In this document: one piece after another, positions 10,034-19,935 of the stretch
Position numbering within the stretch: the stretch's first letter is position 1
Layout of the letters: the number at the start of each line of letters is the position of its first letter
NCBI GenBank assembly: GCA_963674945.2
Contig: CAXXWQ010000003.1
Coordinates: 1,120,001-1,184,000 of the forward strand
Origin: an uncultured Desulfosarcina sp.
GTDB taxonomy: Bacteria > Desulfobacterota > Desulfobacteria > Desulfobacterales > Desulfosarcinaceae
Direction of reading: 5' to 3'
DNA length: 64,000 nucleotides
The notes under the pieces: model-generated
Database searches by the model: none
What the model was told of the DNA's origin: nothing
What the model saw: the letters and a program-made list of their open reading frames with translations, nothing else
Made by a program: the position numbers and the translations under genes

Positions 10034-11167
10034 TTATTCTGCCTGCCAAATCAAGGTTTTACAAACCCACCGGCCGGTCTTTTCCTCTTTTTCTCTACGG
10101 ACCACTGCCGATACCGTGGCCTTGAGATTGCCCCTTGTCGCCACAGAGACGATCCGGAACAGATCGCTGGAAAGGGAGATCAGGTTCTCATCGATGGAGA
10201 CGTCTCCCACGCCTGGTACATTTTTATACCAATTGGTACTGGTGATGTCGTTGACGAAGGACTCATCCGCCAAGGCAATCCGATACTCGGCCAGCGGTTC
10301 TGCCAGATCGGCGTTCTCGGACGGAAGAAGTGCGGCGATCACGGCGACGTCGGCCGTCGATATGTTGATCTTGCCGTCGTAGGTGAATTGTTCGTCACCG
10401 CTTTTCGTGACACCGTGAACCGTGATCAGGGACGAAAGGCCGGCGACGCCCCCGGCGCCGGAGAAGAGGGTCGGCGTAATGCCTTGCACCAGCGCCAGTT
10501 CCCCGAGGTGATCCATGGGACCGTTTTTACACGCGTAGGGCGGGTCCAATCCCTCGTAGTAGTCGGACTCGGCACCGCTCAACCCCGTGATGGCCTCGTC
10601 GTCGCCGCTGTCCAGCCAATCCTTGAGGGAATTGATGATCATGTTGGGATCGCTGTCGGGTATTTCGATGGGACCGAACTCTTCGGGCATCAACTCGAAC
10701 AGGGAGAAAACATGATCCAGCAGTCGTTCCCATAAAAATCGCTGACTGGCATCGAACTGCTGCCCTTCGGGAAATTTGACCAGGGCATTGACCTGGATTT
10801 TGCCTTTTTCGTCTTCGATGCGCACCTCGAGCTTGCCGTCATCGAAGGGAACCATGGCATTCACCGTTTCGGCGACCGTTTCCGGATTGGCCCAATCCTC
10901 CTGGATGGTATCGGTGGCATTATCCTTGGCGTCGTTGATGAGCATCACCATGGCGGCATGAACGCCTGAAACGGCCATTTCCGATAATACCAGCTCGGAC
11001 CGCTGATGGATGGCGTCGGTGACCGACCCGCGGATTCGCTGGTTCAGGGCCAGACCGGCCGTCAGCAGAACGGCAACGACGGCAATGGCCACGAGAATGG
11101 CCACCCCCCGGTGGTTGTCCCATACCGGCTTTGCCGATGGGCTATTGGGCTGGTTTGCGATACACAT
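10034..11167 (-). CDS. gspK: Minor pseudopilin GspK
   Basis: RGVAILVAI prepilin-like N-terminus; IEDEKGKIQVNAL, DWLDSGD, GAESDYY, KNGP..ELALVQG. Exact start uncertain. Confidence 0.9.
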   Translation of the reverse strand: MCIANQPNSPSAKPVWDNHRGVAILVAIAVVAVLLTAGLALNQRIRGSVTDAIHQRSELVLSEMAVSGVHAAMVMLINDAKDNATDTIQEDWANPETVAETVNAMVPFDDGKLEVRIEDEKGKIQVNALVKFPEGQQFDASQRFLWERLLDHVFSLFELMPEEFGPIEIPDSDPNMIINSLKDWLDSGDDEAITGLSGAESDYYEGLDPPYACKNGPMDHLGELALVQGITPTLFSGAGGVAGLSSLITVHGVTKSGDEQFTYDGKINISTADVAVIAALLPSENADLAEPLAEYRIALADESFVNDITSTNWYKNVPGVGDVSIDENLISLSSDLFRIVSVATRGNLKATVSAVVRREKEEKTGRWVCKTLIWQAE

Positions 11168-11816
11168 GAAGCGGTACCCGTGTGGAAAACAGAAGGGGCC
11201 TTTCGGCACTCCCCGCGGTCAACCGGATTTCCAGGGCATGTGGTGTCGCGTAATCGGTATCGCCCGATTCGGAGTCCCAGCTCTCATGGGCCTCGCCCTC
11301 TTCATCCAGGTATTGAAATTCCAAGGACACTAGGTTCTCGAACAAAATGGGATCATCTTCGCTTTCCTCGAATTCGGGAAAGGGAAAGAGATGATCGGCA
11401 CGGCGAAGCACCAGTGTTTCGTCGGAACGCTCCTGAACATAGTAGACGATCCGGGTCACGCCCTCCCGAAAGTCCCCGTTGATGAAAAGGTGGGCAAGGG
11501 AGGTGAATCGAAGCCGCCCGAAGCTGGTTCCGGCAAGGTCCGTGGTATCGCCCAGAAACTGGTATGGCTCCTTTTCGTCGTTGAACTCCGGTTTCTGATA
11601 GCGGGGATAGTCCAATATGTACAAAGACGACAGGTCCGTTGCCATACGGGCAATGCAGGTTCTGGCCGTGGCGAAGACGTCCACGTCCCCTCCCACCGCG
11701 TCGGTGCTGGAAAACACGGCCCGGAAGGAGCCGAACACCGTGGTGATCAATATGGCGAAGATAAAGATGGCCACCATGATTTCGAGCAGGGTGAACCCTT
11801 TTTCCCGGCTATTCAT
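11142..11816 (-). CDS. gspJ: Minor pseudopilin GspJ
   Basis: KGFTLLEIMVAIFIFA N-methylation motif; operon order. Confidence 0.85.
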   Translation of the reverse strand: MNSREKGFTLLEIMVAIFIFAILITTVFGSFRAVFSSTDAVGGDVDVFATARTCIARMATDLSSLYILDYPRYQKPEFNDEKEPYQFLGDTTDLAGTSFGRLRFTSLAHLFINGDFREGVTRIVYYVQERSDETLVLRRADHLFPFPEFEESEDDPILFENLVSLEFQYLDEEGEAHESWDSESGDTDYATPHALEIRLTAGSAERPLLFSTRVPLHVYRKPAQ

Positions 11817-12234
11817 AGACGATCCTGTATGTGTCCAGGGTAAATTGGGTGTCTGTCTGATCGCTGATGGTCAAGGTGAACCGCACGAGATTGGGCCCGT
11901 CCTCTTTGGTCTCCTCGGAGGAAACCGCCTCGCTTTGGATCCGCCACCGGTAGCCGGGATGGTCGTCTCCGAAATCGCCGCTGTCGCCGGCAAAATCGGC
12001 CAGATCCATCGTTTCCAGGTCGGCCAGCTTTTGTCGGGCCAACATCGTGGCGATGGTATCGAAACGTCCCCTGGCATCCATGAAAAGAGTTTGGGAATGC
12101 ATGCGGTAGACGGCCAGAAGGGAAATGGCCACCACCGACAGGGCGACCATCACTTCCAGCAGGGTGAAGCCGGCTTCGTGGCATCCTTTTTGCCGTTTTC
12201 CCAAACCGTTTGTGCGAAAAGCCATCATCACCAC
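11809..12234 (-). CDS. gspI: Minor pseudopilin GspI
   Basis: AGFTLLEVMVALSVVA motif, short length. Confidence 0.85.
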   Translation of the reverse strand: MVMMAFRTNGLGKRQKGCHEAGFTLLEVMVALSVVAISLLAVYRMHSQTLFMDARGRFDTIATMLARQKLADLETMDLADFAGDSGDFGDDHPGYRWRIQSEAVSSEETKEDGPNLVRFTLTISDQTDTQFTLDTYRIVYE

Positions 12235-12839
12235 CCCTCACGCCCTTTTTTCAGCGTGACGCCGGGCAGAAAGGGCTCGATGAAAAAAGCCAGACGGTCG
12301 CCATCGTTGTTGCGGATGCGGATGACGGCCTTGTCCGAATAGCCTTTGGGGAAAAACCCGATGGGAACGGTTCCGCTGGAAAAACGCTGGGAGTCGGAAA
12401 ACGCCACGTGATCGATACTCACCCCGCGGGGCATGGCGTACCCCTTTTCCCGCGCCTTCTCCTCTGCCGCTTCATCCATCTCCTCCTGGCTGACCCACAA
12501 CCGTTGGGCATCCATCGAGACGTTGAGTTGGTACACCTTCTGCTCGAGCACGGCCTTTTGCTTGAGGCCCCGGACATTGGCGATGATCCAGCGCGTGGTT
12601 TCGTCGGTACCGTCCGTAAAAAGGCCGCCTTCCAGACGTGGAAGGGTCACCATCAGCGTAATACTCATCAGTGTGATGACCACGATCAGCTCGATCAATG
12701 TAAACCCATGGTGGTTTAATGGAGACGCAGGTAAGCTCTTTCGTCCCCCTTCATGTGGAATCCATGGGATTTTATGTCGAGGAATGTGGTCCATGAGGAC
12801 GTTCGGGTGGTCGGATACCAGATTTATTCGGTCTCCCAA
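12228..12839 (-). CDS. gspH: Minor pseudopilin GspH
   Basis: [14 protein letters not shown] motif; follows gspG. True start may be downstream (ATG 12794). Confidence 0.8.
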   Translation of the reverse strand: MGDRINLVSDHPNVLMDHIPRHKIPWIPHEGGRKSLPASPLNHHGFTLIELIVVITLMSITLMVTLPRLEGGLFTDGTDETTRWIIANVRGLKQKAVLEQKVYQLNVSMDAQRLWVSQEEMDEAAEEKAREKGYAMPRGVSIDHVAFSDSQRFSSGTVPIGFFPKGYSDKAVIRIRNNDGDRLAFFIEPFLPGVTLKKGREGW

Positions 12840-13279
12840 CTATTAATATCGGCGTCCATATCCTCACCACCGGAGGTTCCGTCTGCGCCGTAGGAGATGA
12901 TGTCGAAATCGTCATGAATGCCCGGGCTCAGGTAGATGAATTCGTTTCCCCAGGGGTCCGTGGGCACCTTTCCCTTTTCCAGGTAACCGCCTTTTCGCCA
13001 GTTTTTGGGAGTGTTGCCGGAAGATGGCGGTTCCACAAGGGCCTGGAGCCCCTGCTCCGTGGTCGGATAGCTGCCGTTGTCCAGTTTGTAAAGTTTAAGG
13101 GCCGTGGCGATACTTTCGACCTGCATCCTGGCTTTGGTCCGTTTGGCCTGCTCCGGGCGACTCATGATGCGGGGAACGATCAGGCCGGCCAGAATACCGA
13201 GGATGACGACGACCACCATCAGTTCGATGAGCGTGAAACCGCGATTGTTTTTGATTCTTGATGTGGAAAGGCGCTTCAT
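12824..13279 (-). CDS. gspG: Major pseudopilin GspG
   Basis: [64 protein letters not shown]. Confidence 0.97.
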   Translation of the reverse strand: MKRLSTSRIKNNRGFTLIELMVVVVILGILAGLIVPRIMSRPEQAKRTKARMQVESIATALKLYKLDNGSYPTTEQGLQALVEPPSSGNTPKNWRKGGYLEKGKVPTDPWGNEFIYLSPGIHDDFDIISYGADGTSGGEDMDADINSWETE

Positions 13280-13413
13280 GATTCCTCCGTATATTCACAT
13301 ACCGTGCGATGGTTTGTTATCGGCGTTAAAAGCGGGAAATATGAACTTTATTAACCAAATGTGCATGAACAATCAAGGGTCAGGATGATTATCTTTTGGT
13401 AATTTACGTACCG

Positions 13414-13497
13414 GTAATCAGTAATCAGTGATGAATGATCGGTAATCAGTGAACTGTGAACCGAGAACCGTGAACCGTGAACCGAGAACCGAGAACC
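13414..13497. repeat. Tandem array of 12 heptamers (GTAATCA/GTGAACC/GAGAACC)
   Basis: Read directly: GTAATCA x2, GTGATGA, ATGATCG, GTAATCA, GTGAACT, GTGAACC, GAGAACC, GTGAACC x2, GAGAACC x2, next to the gspF stop. Confidence 0.9.
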
Positions 13498-13498
13498 A

Positions 13499-14728
13499 TC
13501 ACCCCACCAACTGGTTCATCTCGAAAATGGGCAAAACGATGGACAGTACGATAAACATCACCACCACCGCCATCACCAGAATCATCACCGGCTCCAGCAT
13601 GGACATCATGGTCGTGACAGATGACTCGACGTCGTTTTCAAAGACGTCGGCAACCTTGTAGAGCATGGCCTCCAGCTCGCCGCTTTGCTCTCCCACCTGA
13701 ATCATCTGAACGGCCAGGTCGGGAAAAACTTCACCGGCCGCCAGGGAGGCGCCGAGCCCCTGTCCCTTTTCCACCTCTTGCGACGATTTTTCGATCAAAT
13801 TGGCAATGACCACGTTGCCGGTGATATTTCTCACAATCTCCAGAGATGGCAGCATCGTGATGCCGTTTTCCAAAAGGGATGCCAGGGTGCGGGTAAAACG
13901 GGCCACCGCCGATTTTCGCATCAAGCCTCCCATAACGGGCAGACGGAGCATCAAACGATCGGTCATGAGAAGTCCGCGTTCGGTTTTTCTGAACATTTTC
14001 AGTGCCACGACGGCGGCGATGAACAGAATCACCAGCAGCCACCAATAGCCTCGGATAAAAGCGCTGGCACCGATGAGAAAACGAGTGGGCGCAGGCAGTG
14101 CCTGGTTCATATCCTCGAAGATGGTGGTGATGTTGGGAATGACATATGTCATGAGAATGATGAGAACCAGGACGCCGACGAGGGTCATGATGATGGGATA
14201 GGCCATGGCGGTCTGGATGCGGGATTTCAGCTCCTGTTGTTTCTCCATGATGTCTGCCAGCCGCAAAAGGACGATCTCCAGGGTTCCCGATGTTTCTCCG
14301 GCACGTACCATGTTGATGTAGATCTGGCTGAAGACGGACGGATAGAGGGACAGGGCCGAGGCGAAACTGTTCCCCTCAACGATGGAGTCCTTGATCCGGG
14401 CGACGATCTTGGTGAACCCCTGGGTTTTTGACTGGGAAACCAATGTGGTCAGGGCACTGACCAGGGGAAATCCGGCACCGGTCAGGGTGGCCAACTGTCG
14501 GGTCCACAGGCAGACCTGGGCCGGCGTGACCCGGTTGAACAGGCCACCCAAACTGACGCCACGGCCGCCCTCCTTACCGCCGGCGGCCTCGGTGACCTCT
14601 TTGACGCTGACCGGATAGCTGCCCATGGCGCGGATTTTTTGCCTGGCCGCCTGGGCACCGTCGGCATCGATGATCCCGGTGATGCTTTTGCCCTTGGCGT
14701 CCAGTGCCTGGTAGTCGAAGACGGGCAT
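13499..14728 (-). CDS. gspF: Type II secretion inner membrane protein GspF
   Basis: MPVFDYQALD; TRQLATL..AGFPL; GETSGTL; AMAYP; GEQSGEL; LEPVMIL. Confidence 0.95.
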   Translation of the reverse strand: MPVFDYQALDAKGKSITGIIDADGAQAARQKIRAMGSYPVSVKEVTEAAGGKEGGRGVSLGGLFNRVTPAQVCLWTRQLATLTGAGFPLVSALTTLVSQSKTQGFTKIVARIKDSIVEGNSFASALSLYPSVFSQIYINMVRAGETSGTLEIVLLRLADIMEKQQELKSRIQTAMAYPIIMTLVGVLVLIILMTYVIPNITTIFEDMNQALPAPTRFLIGASAFIRGYWWLLVILFIAAVVALKMFRKTERGLLMTDRLMLRLPVMGGLMRKSAVARFTRTLASLLENGITMLPSLEIVRNITGNVVIANLIEKSSQEVEKGQGLGASLAAGEVFPDLAVQMIQVGEQSGELEAMLYKVADVFENDVESSVTTMMSMLEPVMILVMAVVVMFIVLSIVLPIFEMNQLVG

Positions 14729-14740
14729 GGCGTTTTATCC

Positions 14741-16153
14741 TCAACGAATTCGAGTAAACCTCGCGGCGAAAAAGCCGTCGAGTCCATGGCTGTGGGGCAA
14801 GGTTCGCAGACACCGTGCCGAGTCAAGAAAAGGAACGACGACTTTTTCCGTTTCATTCAAATTTTCGACAATATCAAAATTCGGATGGTTTTTCAAAAAA
14901 GTCTCGACCACACCTCGATTTTCCTCCGGCTCCATGGAGCAGACGGCAAATACCAACGTGCCCCCCATCCTGACCAGGGGCGCCAGGTGATCGAGGAACC
15001 GGACCTGTCGACGGGCAAAGCGGTCGATCTCTCTTTTTTGGGATGACCACTTGGCGTCGGGATTGCGCCGCAGCACCCCCAGTCCCGAACAGGGGGCATC
15101 CAGCAGGATTCTGTCGAATTGACCATGGGTTTTCGTTTCCAGGGGCTCACGGAAATCCCACTGTCGGGTCTCGATGATATCGACGCCCAGGCGCCGCGCC
15201 TCCCTTTCAAGGCGCGTCAGTTTGACGGAAACATTGTCCATGGCGACGATTCGCCCCCGGTTTTCCATGAGTTGGGCCAGGTGAGTGGTTTTTCCGCCCA
15301 GTCCGGCGCATGCGTCCAGCACCGTTTCGCCCGGTCGGGGGGAGAGAAACAGGGACACCAGCTGGGCGGCGCCGTCCTGTACCGCGAACCGGCCGTCGAT
15401 AAAGGCCGGCATTTTCCCGATGGGACAGATGGGTCCGGACAGGTCCATGGCACCGGGAATCTGCTCATTGGGAACCACCGCTTTGGCCTGGCCGGAAAGC
15501 TCTTCCAGCAACGACGAAAGATCGCCTTTCAACGCGTTGCACCGAAGGGTGATGGGGGCAATGGCGTTCATGGCGCGGCAAAGCCTTCGGGTCTCGTCGA
15601 ATCCCATTCGCTCTGCCCAGCGGGAGATCAGCCAGAGCGGAAAGGATTGGTCCAGGGAGAGGTGTTCCACCGACCGTTCGTCCTCGGGAAGAGAGAAGCG
15701 ATCGGGATGACGGATCGCGTTTCGCAGTACCGCATTGACGAAGCCGGCCGATCGGGCCTGTTTTCGCGTGCGGGTCAAATTCACCGCGGTGTTCACGGCC
15801 GCCGATTCGGGGATTCGGTCCAAGAACAGGATCTGGAACAATCCCAGGCGAAGAATGTTTCGAACCGTCCCATCGATCTTCACGACAGGCCTCTTGGCGT
15901 GGGCATCGATCACCGCATCCAACCGAAGCCGCCAGCGCACGACCCCATACACCAGTTGGTTGAACAGGGCCCGGTCTCTTCTGGAAAGGCCGCGAACCTG
16001 CGGCGGCTCGTCTTCCAAAAGGGCATCCAGCGTGGCCGATTCGCCATCCAAACGCTCCAGAATCGTCAGCGCGGCGGATCGTGGATCATCGGCAGGCCGC
16101 CCTGGCTTTTTCAGAGAGCGTTGTGATTGTCGGGAAGAATAAGGCGATTTCAT
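14741..16153 (-). CDS. rsmB: 16S rRNA m5C967 methyltransferase RsmB
   Basis: NusB-like N-domain; VQDGAAQ, VLDACAGLGGKT, DAPCSGLG, VCS motifs; follows fmt. Confidence 0.95.
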   Translation of the reverse strand: MKSPYSSRQSQRSLKKPGRPADDPRSAALTILERLDGESATLDALLEDEPPQVRGLSRRDRALFNQLVYGVVRWRLRLDAVIDAHAKRPVVKIDGTVRNILRLGLFQILFLDRIPESAAVNTAVNLTRTRKQARSAGFVNAVLRNAIRHPDRFSLPEDERSVEHLSLDQSFPLWLISRWAERMGFDETRRLCRAMNAIAPITLRCNALKGDLSSLLEELSGQAKAVVPNEQIPGAMDLSGPICPIGKMPAFIDGRFAVQDGAAQLVSLFLSPRPGETVLDACAGLGGKTTHLAQLMENRGRIVAMDNVSVKLTRLEREARRLGVDIIETRQWDFREPLETKTHGQFDRILLDAPCSGLGVLRRNPDAKWSSQKREIDRFARRQVRFLDHLAPLVRMGGTLVFAVCSMEPEENRGVVETFLKNHPNFDIVENLNETEKVVVPFLDSARCLRTLPHSHGLDGFFAARFTRIR

Positions 16154-16173
16154 CGGGTGATAGTATCGGACTT

Positions 16174-16296
16174 ATGAACGTCGAACATCGAACGTCCAAC
16201 TTCGAACATTGAATTTGGAATTCCTCCTTCGATGGCGGAGCGAAGCGATCCCATCGTTGTCGTTTTATGTTCTATGTTCAATGTTCGTAAATTCAA
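16174..16296. repeat. Palindromic heptamer element (TCGAACR arm, central hairpin, TGTTCNN arm)
   Basis: ATGAACG TCGAACA TCGAACG TCCAACT TCGAACA TTGAATT TGGAATT, then CGATGG..GAGCGAAGCG..CCATCG, then TGTTCTA TGTTCAA TGTTCGT; between fmt and rsmB. Confidence 0.8.
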
Positions 16297-17234
16297 CCTA
16301 GACAACAACCATCCGGCAACCTGCATCCGCACAGAAAATCGTCAATGGGAAGGCGTTTGCCGGACGCTCCCTGGATCTCCTGGATGGCAAGGGCACCCTT
16401 TCCCGTGGCCACGCGGAGTTCTCCGGGAAAACACTCGAGTATGGTACCCGGCGGCACACTGACCTCCCGGTCGAGCACACTGGCACGGAAGATCTTCAGG
16501 CGCATGCCGTCATTGAAGGTATAGGCACCGGGCCATGGCGTCATCCCCCGGATCAGGCACGCGATGCGCTCGGCCGGCATGGACCAGTCGATTTCTCCAT
16601 CCTTTTTCTTCAGCATGGGAGCATAGGATGCCTGGCCGGGGTCCTGGGAGACGGGCGTGAGGTTGTCGGCCTGCAGGGCGTCCAGGGTTCGAATCAGCGT
16701 CCGGGCACCGATCTTGCTGAGGCGGTCGTGAAGTTCGGCGGCATTCTCATCGTCTTCGATGGGGGTTCTTTCCATCAGGAGAATACCCCCCGTGTCCATT
16801 CCCGCATCCATCATCATGGTGGTAACGCCGGTCTCTTTCTCACCGTTAATAATGGCCCATTGGATGGGTGCGGCTCCCCGGAAGCGGGGCAGAAGCGATG
16901 CGTGGACGTTGATGGCCCCTTTGGCCGGAATATCAAGAAGGGTTTGGGGCAGGATCTGACCGAAGGCCACCACGACGAAAAGATCGGGGGAAATCGTTTG
17001 CATCTGCCGGTGAAAATCATCGGTTTTTACGGACTCGGGTTGCAGGACCGGGATCCCGTATTCCTCGGCGATCCGTTTAACCGGAGGCGGCGTCAGCTTT
17101 CGTCCCCGGCCCTTGGGTCGGTCCGGCTGTGTGACCACGGCGGTGACACGATGGCCGCTATCGTGCAGGGCACGCAAGGGAGGAACGGCAAAATCCGGAG
17201 TGCCCATGTAAACGATGGCAAGGGGACGGCTCAA
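16293..17234 (-). CDS. fmt: Methionyl-tRNA formyltransferase
   Basis: YMGTPDFAV, TQPDRPKGRG, INVHASLLPRFRGAAPI, MDAGMDTG; TTG start overlapping the def stop. Confidence 0.97.
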   Translation of the reverse strand: MSRPLAIVYMGTPDFAVPPLRALHDSGHRVTAVVTQPDRPKGRGRKLTPPPVKRIAEEYGIPVLQPESVKTDDFHRQMQTISPDLFVVVAFGQILPQTLLDIPAKGAINVHASLLPRFRGAAPIQWAIINGEKETGVTTMMMDAGMDTGGILLMERTPIEDDENAAELHDRLSKIGARTLIRTLDALQADNLTPVSQDPGQASYAPMLKKKDGEIDWSMPAERIACLIRGMTPWPGAYTFNDGMRLKIFRASVLDREVSVPPGTILECFPGELRVATGKGALAIQEIQGASGKRLPIDDFLCGCRLPDGCCLG

Positions 17235-17740
17235 CGCTGCTTCATCTCCTTTATCACCCGACGCTTGTACATCTGGCGTTTCAAAGCGCTGATGCGGTCG
17301 ATGAACAGGGTTCCGTCCAAGTGGTCGAGCTCGTGCTGGATGACGATGGCCATCATGCCGTCGGCCTCGAATCGCAGCGGGTTGCCGTCCCGGTCCACCC
17401 CCTCCACGAGGATGCGCTCGGCCCGTTTGACGTCGGCACGAAATTCGGGCACGCTCAGGCATCCCTCGTTTTCCGAAATGATCGATCCCTCACTGGTGAT
17501 GATCCTGGGATTGACGAGCACGTGCAGGTCCCTGCCCCCTTCCTGGACGGCGATGTCGTATAGGACAAAACTCTGGCCGATGCCTACCTGGGGGGCGGCA
17601 AGGCCGACACCGGAAGCCTGGTACATGGTGGCGGCCATGTTATCGATCATGGTCTGCAGTTTACCGTCGATGTTCTCCACGGGTTCGGTTTCTTTGGCCA
17701 GAAATTTATCCGGATAGGTTAGAATCGTTAGTTCGGTCAC
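17231..17740 (-). CDS. def: Peptide deformylase
   Basis: GVGLAAPQVG, EGCLS, QHELDHLDG. Confidence 0.98.
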   Translation of the reverse strand: MTELTILTYPDKFLAKETEPVENIDGKLQTMIDNMAATMYQASGVGLAAPQVGIGQSFVLYDIAVQEGGRDLHVLVNPRIITSEGSIISENEGCLSVPEFRADVKRAERILVEGVDRDGNPLRFEADGMMAIVIQHELDHLDGTLFIDRISALKRQMYKRRVIKEMKQR

Positions 17741-17841
17741 TGGTATTCACCTTCGCTTGTATCTTACACCCAGCATGACGTGGTCCGGGGTGTTCCATCT
17801 CCGTTGGGATAACCGTAATGCAAGTATTGAAATAGTAAAAG

Positions 17842-17998
17842 TTGATGAACTCGCAAAAAGTCATATTTCGGACGGTTTCGTAAAAAGCTCGAGATCAAGG
17901 CTTGCGAGTCCCGAAAAATGAGGCGTATGGTTGGATACGTCGCAGTGACGAGGGATGAAGCGCAGGCGCCGATACCGGACTTTTTATGAAGCCGTCAA
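17842..17998. repeat. Intergenic palindromic repeat (REP/MITE-like) with imperfect terminal inverted repeats
   Basis: TTGATGAACTCGCAAAAAGTC and GACGGTTTCGTAAAAAGCTC on the left; GGACTTTTTATGAAGCCGTCAA on the right; directly after the ribF stop. Confidence 0.75.
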
Positions 17999-18000
17999 GC

Positions 18001-18951
18001 TTAGGTTTCGGTGAAATAGGGTCTTAGAATCTCCCGCGCATCGGCGATATCCTTGTGGATCCGCGCCACCAGTTCATCGATCCCGGAAAATTTTATCTCG
18101 TCCCGCAACCGATCAATGAAATTGACCTTGATCTTCTCTCCGTAAATATCCTTGTGAAAATCGATGATGTGGGCCTCCACGGTGAATATATGGTCGTCGA
18201 AGGTGGGACTGTATCCGATATTGGCAACGCCTGGATAGCGCTTTCCTTCGTAATCCACGATGACGGCATAGACGCCCAGCTTCGGGCACAACTCGTCCTG
18301 GAGGTTGATGTTGGCCGTTGGAATGCCCAGCAGCTTTCCCCCCCGGTCCCGTCCGTGGGCGACGGTGCCTCGAATCTGATAGTTCCGCCCCAGCATCCTG
18401 GTGGCCGTTTCCATTTCGCCGTCCATGACCAGCTCTCGGATGGCCGTACTGCTGATGCGGTGGTTGTTTGCCGTGGTGGCCTGGATCCAGTCCGCCACGA
18501 CCAGGTCGAAACCCAATTCTTGTGCGTATTGCCGAAGCAACGCCACGTTTCCTTCGCGATTGTTACCGAAGGTGTAGTCCTGTCCGACGACGATGGCTTT
18601 GATTCCAATGCGGTTTACCAGGATATCCGCCACGAAGCTGTGTGCCGACAGCTTTGCGAAGTCCATGGTAAAGGGAACGCAAATCAGCACGTCGAGACCG
18701 GCTTTCTCGATCAGCTCCCTTTTCTGCTCTGGCAACGTGATCAACGGCGGATGCCCGTTGTTGGTGAAGACACGAACCGGATGGGGGTTAAAGGTCATGG
18801 CAATTGCCGTGCCGTCCAGGTCATGTGCCCGTTCGATCACCTCGTGGAAAAGGGCTTGGTGTCCGATGTGCACACCGTCGAAATTACCGATGGTGATCAC
18901 GGCATTTTTAAAAGGTTCTGTTATGGTTTCGAGGTCTTGGATTATCTTCAT
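18001..18951 (-). CDS. ribF: Bifunctional riboflavin kinase/FAD synthetase
   Basis: TIGNFDGVHIGHQ, ISSTAIR, GRDRGGKLLGIPTAN, VEAHI, LRDEIKF. Confidence 0.97.
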   Translation of the reverse strand: MKIIQDLETITEPFKNAVITIGNFDGVHIGHQALFHEVIERAHDLDGTAIAMTFNPHPVRVFTNNGHPPLITLPEQKRELIEKAGLDVLICVPFTMDFAKLSAHSFVADILVNRIGIKAIVVGQDYTFGNNREGNVALLRQYAQELGFDLVVADWIQATTANNHRISSTAIRELVMDGEMETATRMLGRNYQIRGTVAHGRDRGGKLLGIPTANINLQDELCPKLGVYAVIVDYEGKRYPGVANIGYSPTFDDHIFTVEAHIIDFHKDIYGEKIKVNFIDRLRDEIKFSGIDELVARIHKDIADAREILRPYFTET

Positions 18952-19055
18952 GATCTTTTTTGCATTTCAAAAATTGCGCTTGACACGAAAACCAAAAAAC
19001 TATAGTTAAATCATCTTCGGTCTGAAATCAACCCTTGAATTTCAGCCTGAAACGT

Positions 19056-19142
19056 GCCGAAGTGGCGGAATTGGTAGACGCGCTAGGTTCAGGGTCTAGT
19101 AGGGGTTCCCCTGTGGGAGTTCGAGTCTCCCCTTCGGCACCA
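19056..19142 (+). tRNA. tRNA-Leu (CAG)
   Basis: GCCGAAG/CTTCGGC acceptor stem plus ACCA; anticodon arm CTAGG-TTCAGGG-TCTAG; long variable arm; GTTCGAG T-loop. Confidence 0.97.
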
Positions 19143-19152
19143 AAAAGCTTAT

Positions 19153-19181
19153 AACCCGTTGATTCGTCAGCGGGTTTTTTT
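19153..19181 (+). terminator. Rho-independent terminator after tRNA-Leu
   Basis: AACCCGTTGA-TTCG-TCAGCGGGTT hairpin followed by a T-run. Confidence 0.85.
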
Positions 19182-19296
19182 ATTGTCTCCAGGTTCCATC
19201 CATGGAGGCCGATATGGAAAACATGTAATCCCGGCCTGCCTGGATCTATAAATATAGGTGTCTCTTCCAGTACTTTCAACCTTGGGGCAAATAATC

Positions 19297-19761
19297 ATGC
19301 CAGGTTACAAAGTACACATCACCGGCAGCGCGGTAGCCGGCGGCGCGGCCATCGCTGCTGCAATGGCCTTGGGGTATTCTCACTGGACGGGCGCAACTCC
19401 TTTGCAATTGGGCGGCCTGCTCGGCTTCTGCATTTTAGGGGGGCTTTTTCCCGATGTGGACACGGACTCCAAAGGCCAGAATTTCTTCTACGGCCTTCTC
19501 ATTATCGTTGATGTTGCTTTGATATATCACCACTACTATCGCTGGGCGGCCTGGCTGGGATTGCTTGCCATGCTGCCGGCCATCGGCCACCACCGGGGAT
19601 GGACCCACACCTGGTGGGCAATGCTCGTCGTGGGATCACCGATCATTGTCATTCCGATGGCGCTGCTCGGCCCAAATCAAGTTTCTTCTTTCCTGCCCTT
19701 TTATGTGGCCTTCACGCTGGGTTACTTTTCTCATCTGTTGCTGGATCGCAAGTTTGTTTGA
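19297..19761 (+). CDS. Membrane-bound metal-dependent hydrolase (YdjM-like)
   Basis: MPGYKVH, FPDVD, HRGWTH and SHLLLD motifs with TM segments. Confidence 0.85.
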   Translation: MPGYKVHITGSAVAGGAAIAAAMALGYSHWTGATPLQLGGLLGFCILGGLFPDVDTDSKGQNFFYGLLIIVDVALIYHHYYRWAAWLGLLAMLPAIGHHRGWTHTWWAMLVVGSPIIVIPMALLGPNQVSSFLPFYVAFTLGYFSHLLLDRKFV

Positions 19762-19935
19762 GCTAAGGATCATGCGGATTGGATCGTAAACCGAAACAAC
19801 CAAAGCCTGGTCCTAAGAAAAATAAAGTGTCCCCCCCATTACCGAGGGATTGCGATCAGCCCCCTGAGTGCACATACTTTAAGGAAAACCATTTTTCAGC
19901 AGCATTAATCCCGATCGATAATGGGGAGGCAAACC

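Noticed and set aside
13414..16296. Heptamer arrays as CRISPR repeats
   Set aside because: Units are 7 bp with no unique spacers, and there are no cas genes.
2162..18609. Long plus-strand ORFs (e.g. 2162-3820, 4105-6030, 8028-9113, 15119-16126, 16728-17717)
   Set aside because: Antisense shadows of well-supported minus-strand genes in GC-rich DNA; no motifs.
19056..19142. tRNA-Leu as attB of an intact integrative element
   Set aside because: I found no duplicate of its 3' end (CTTCGGCACCA) and no integrase in the window.
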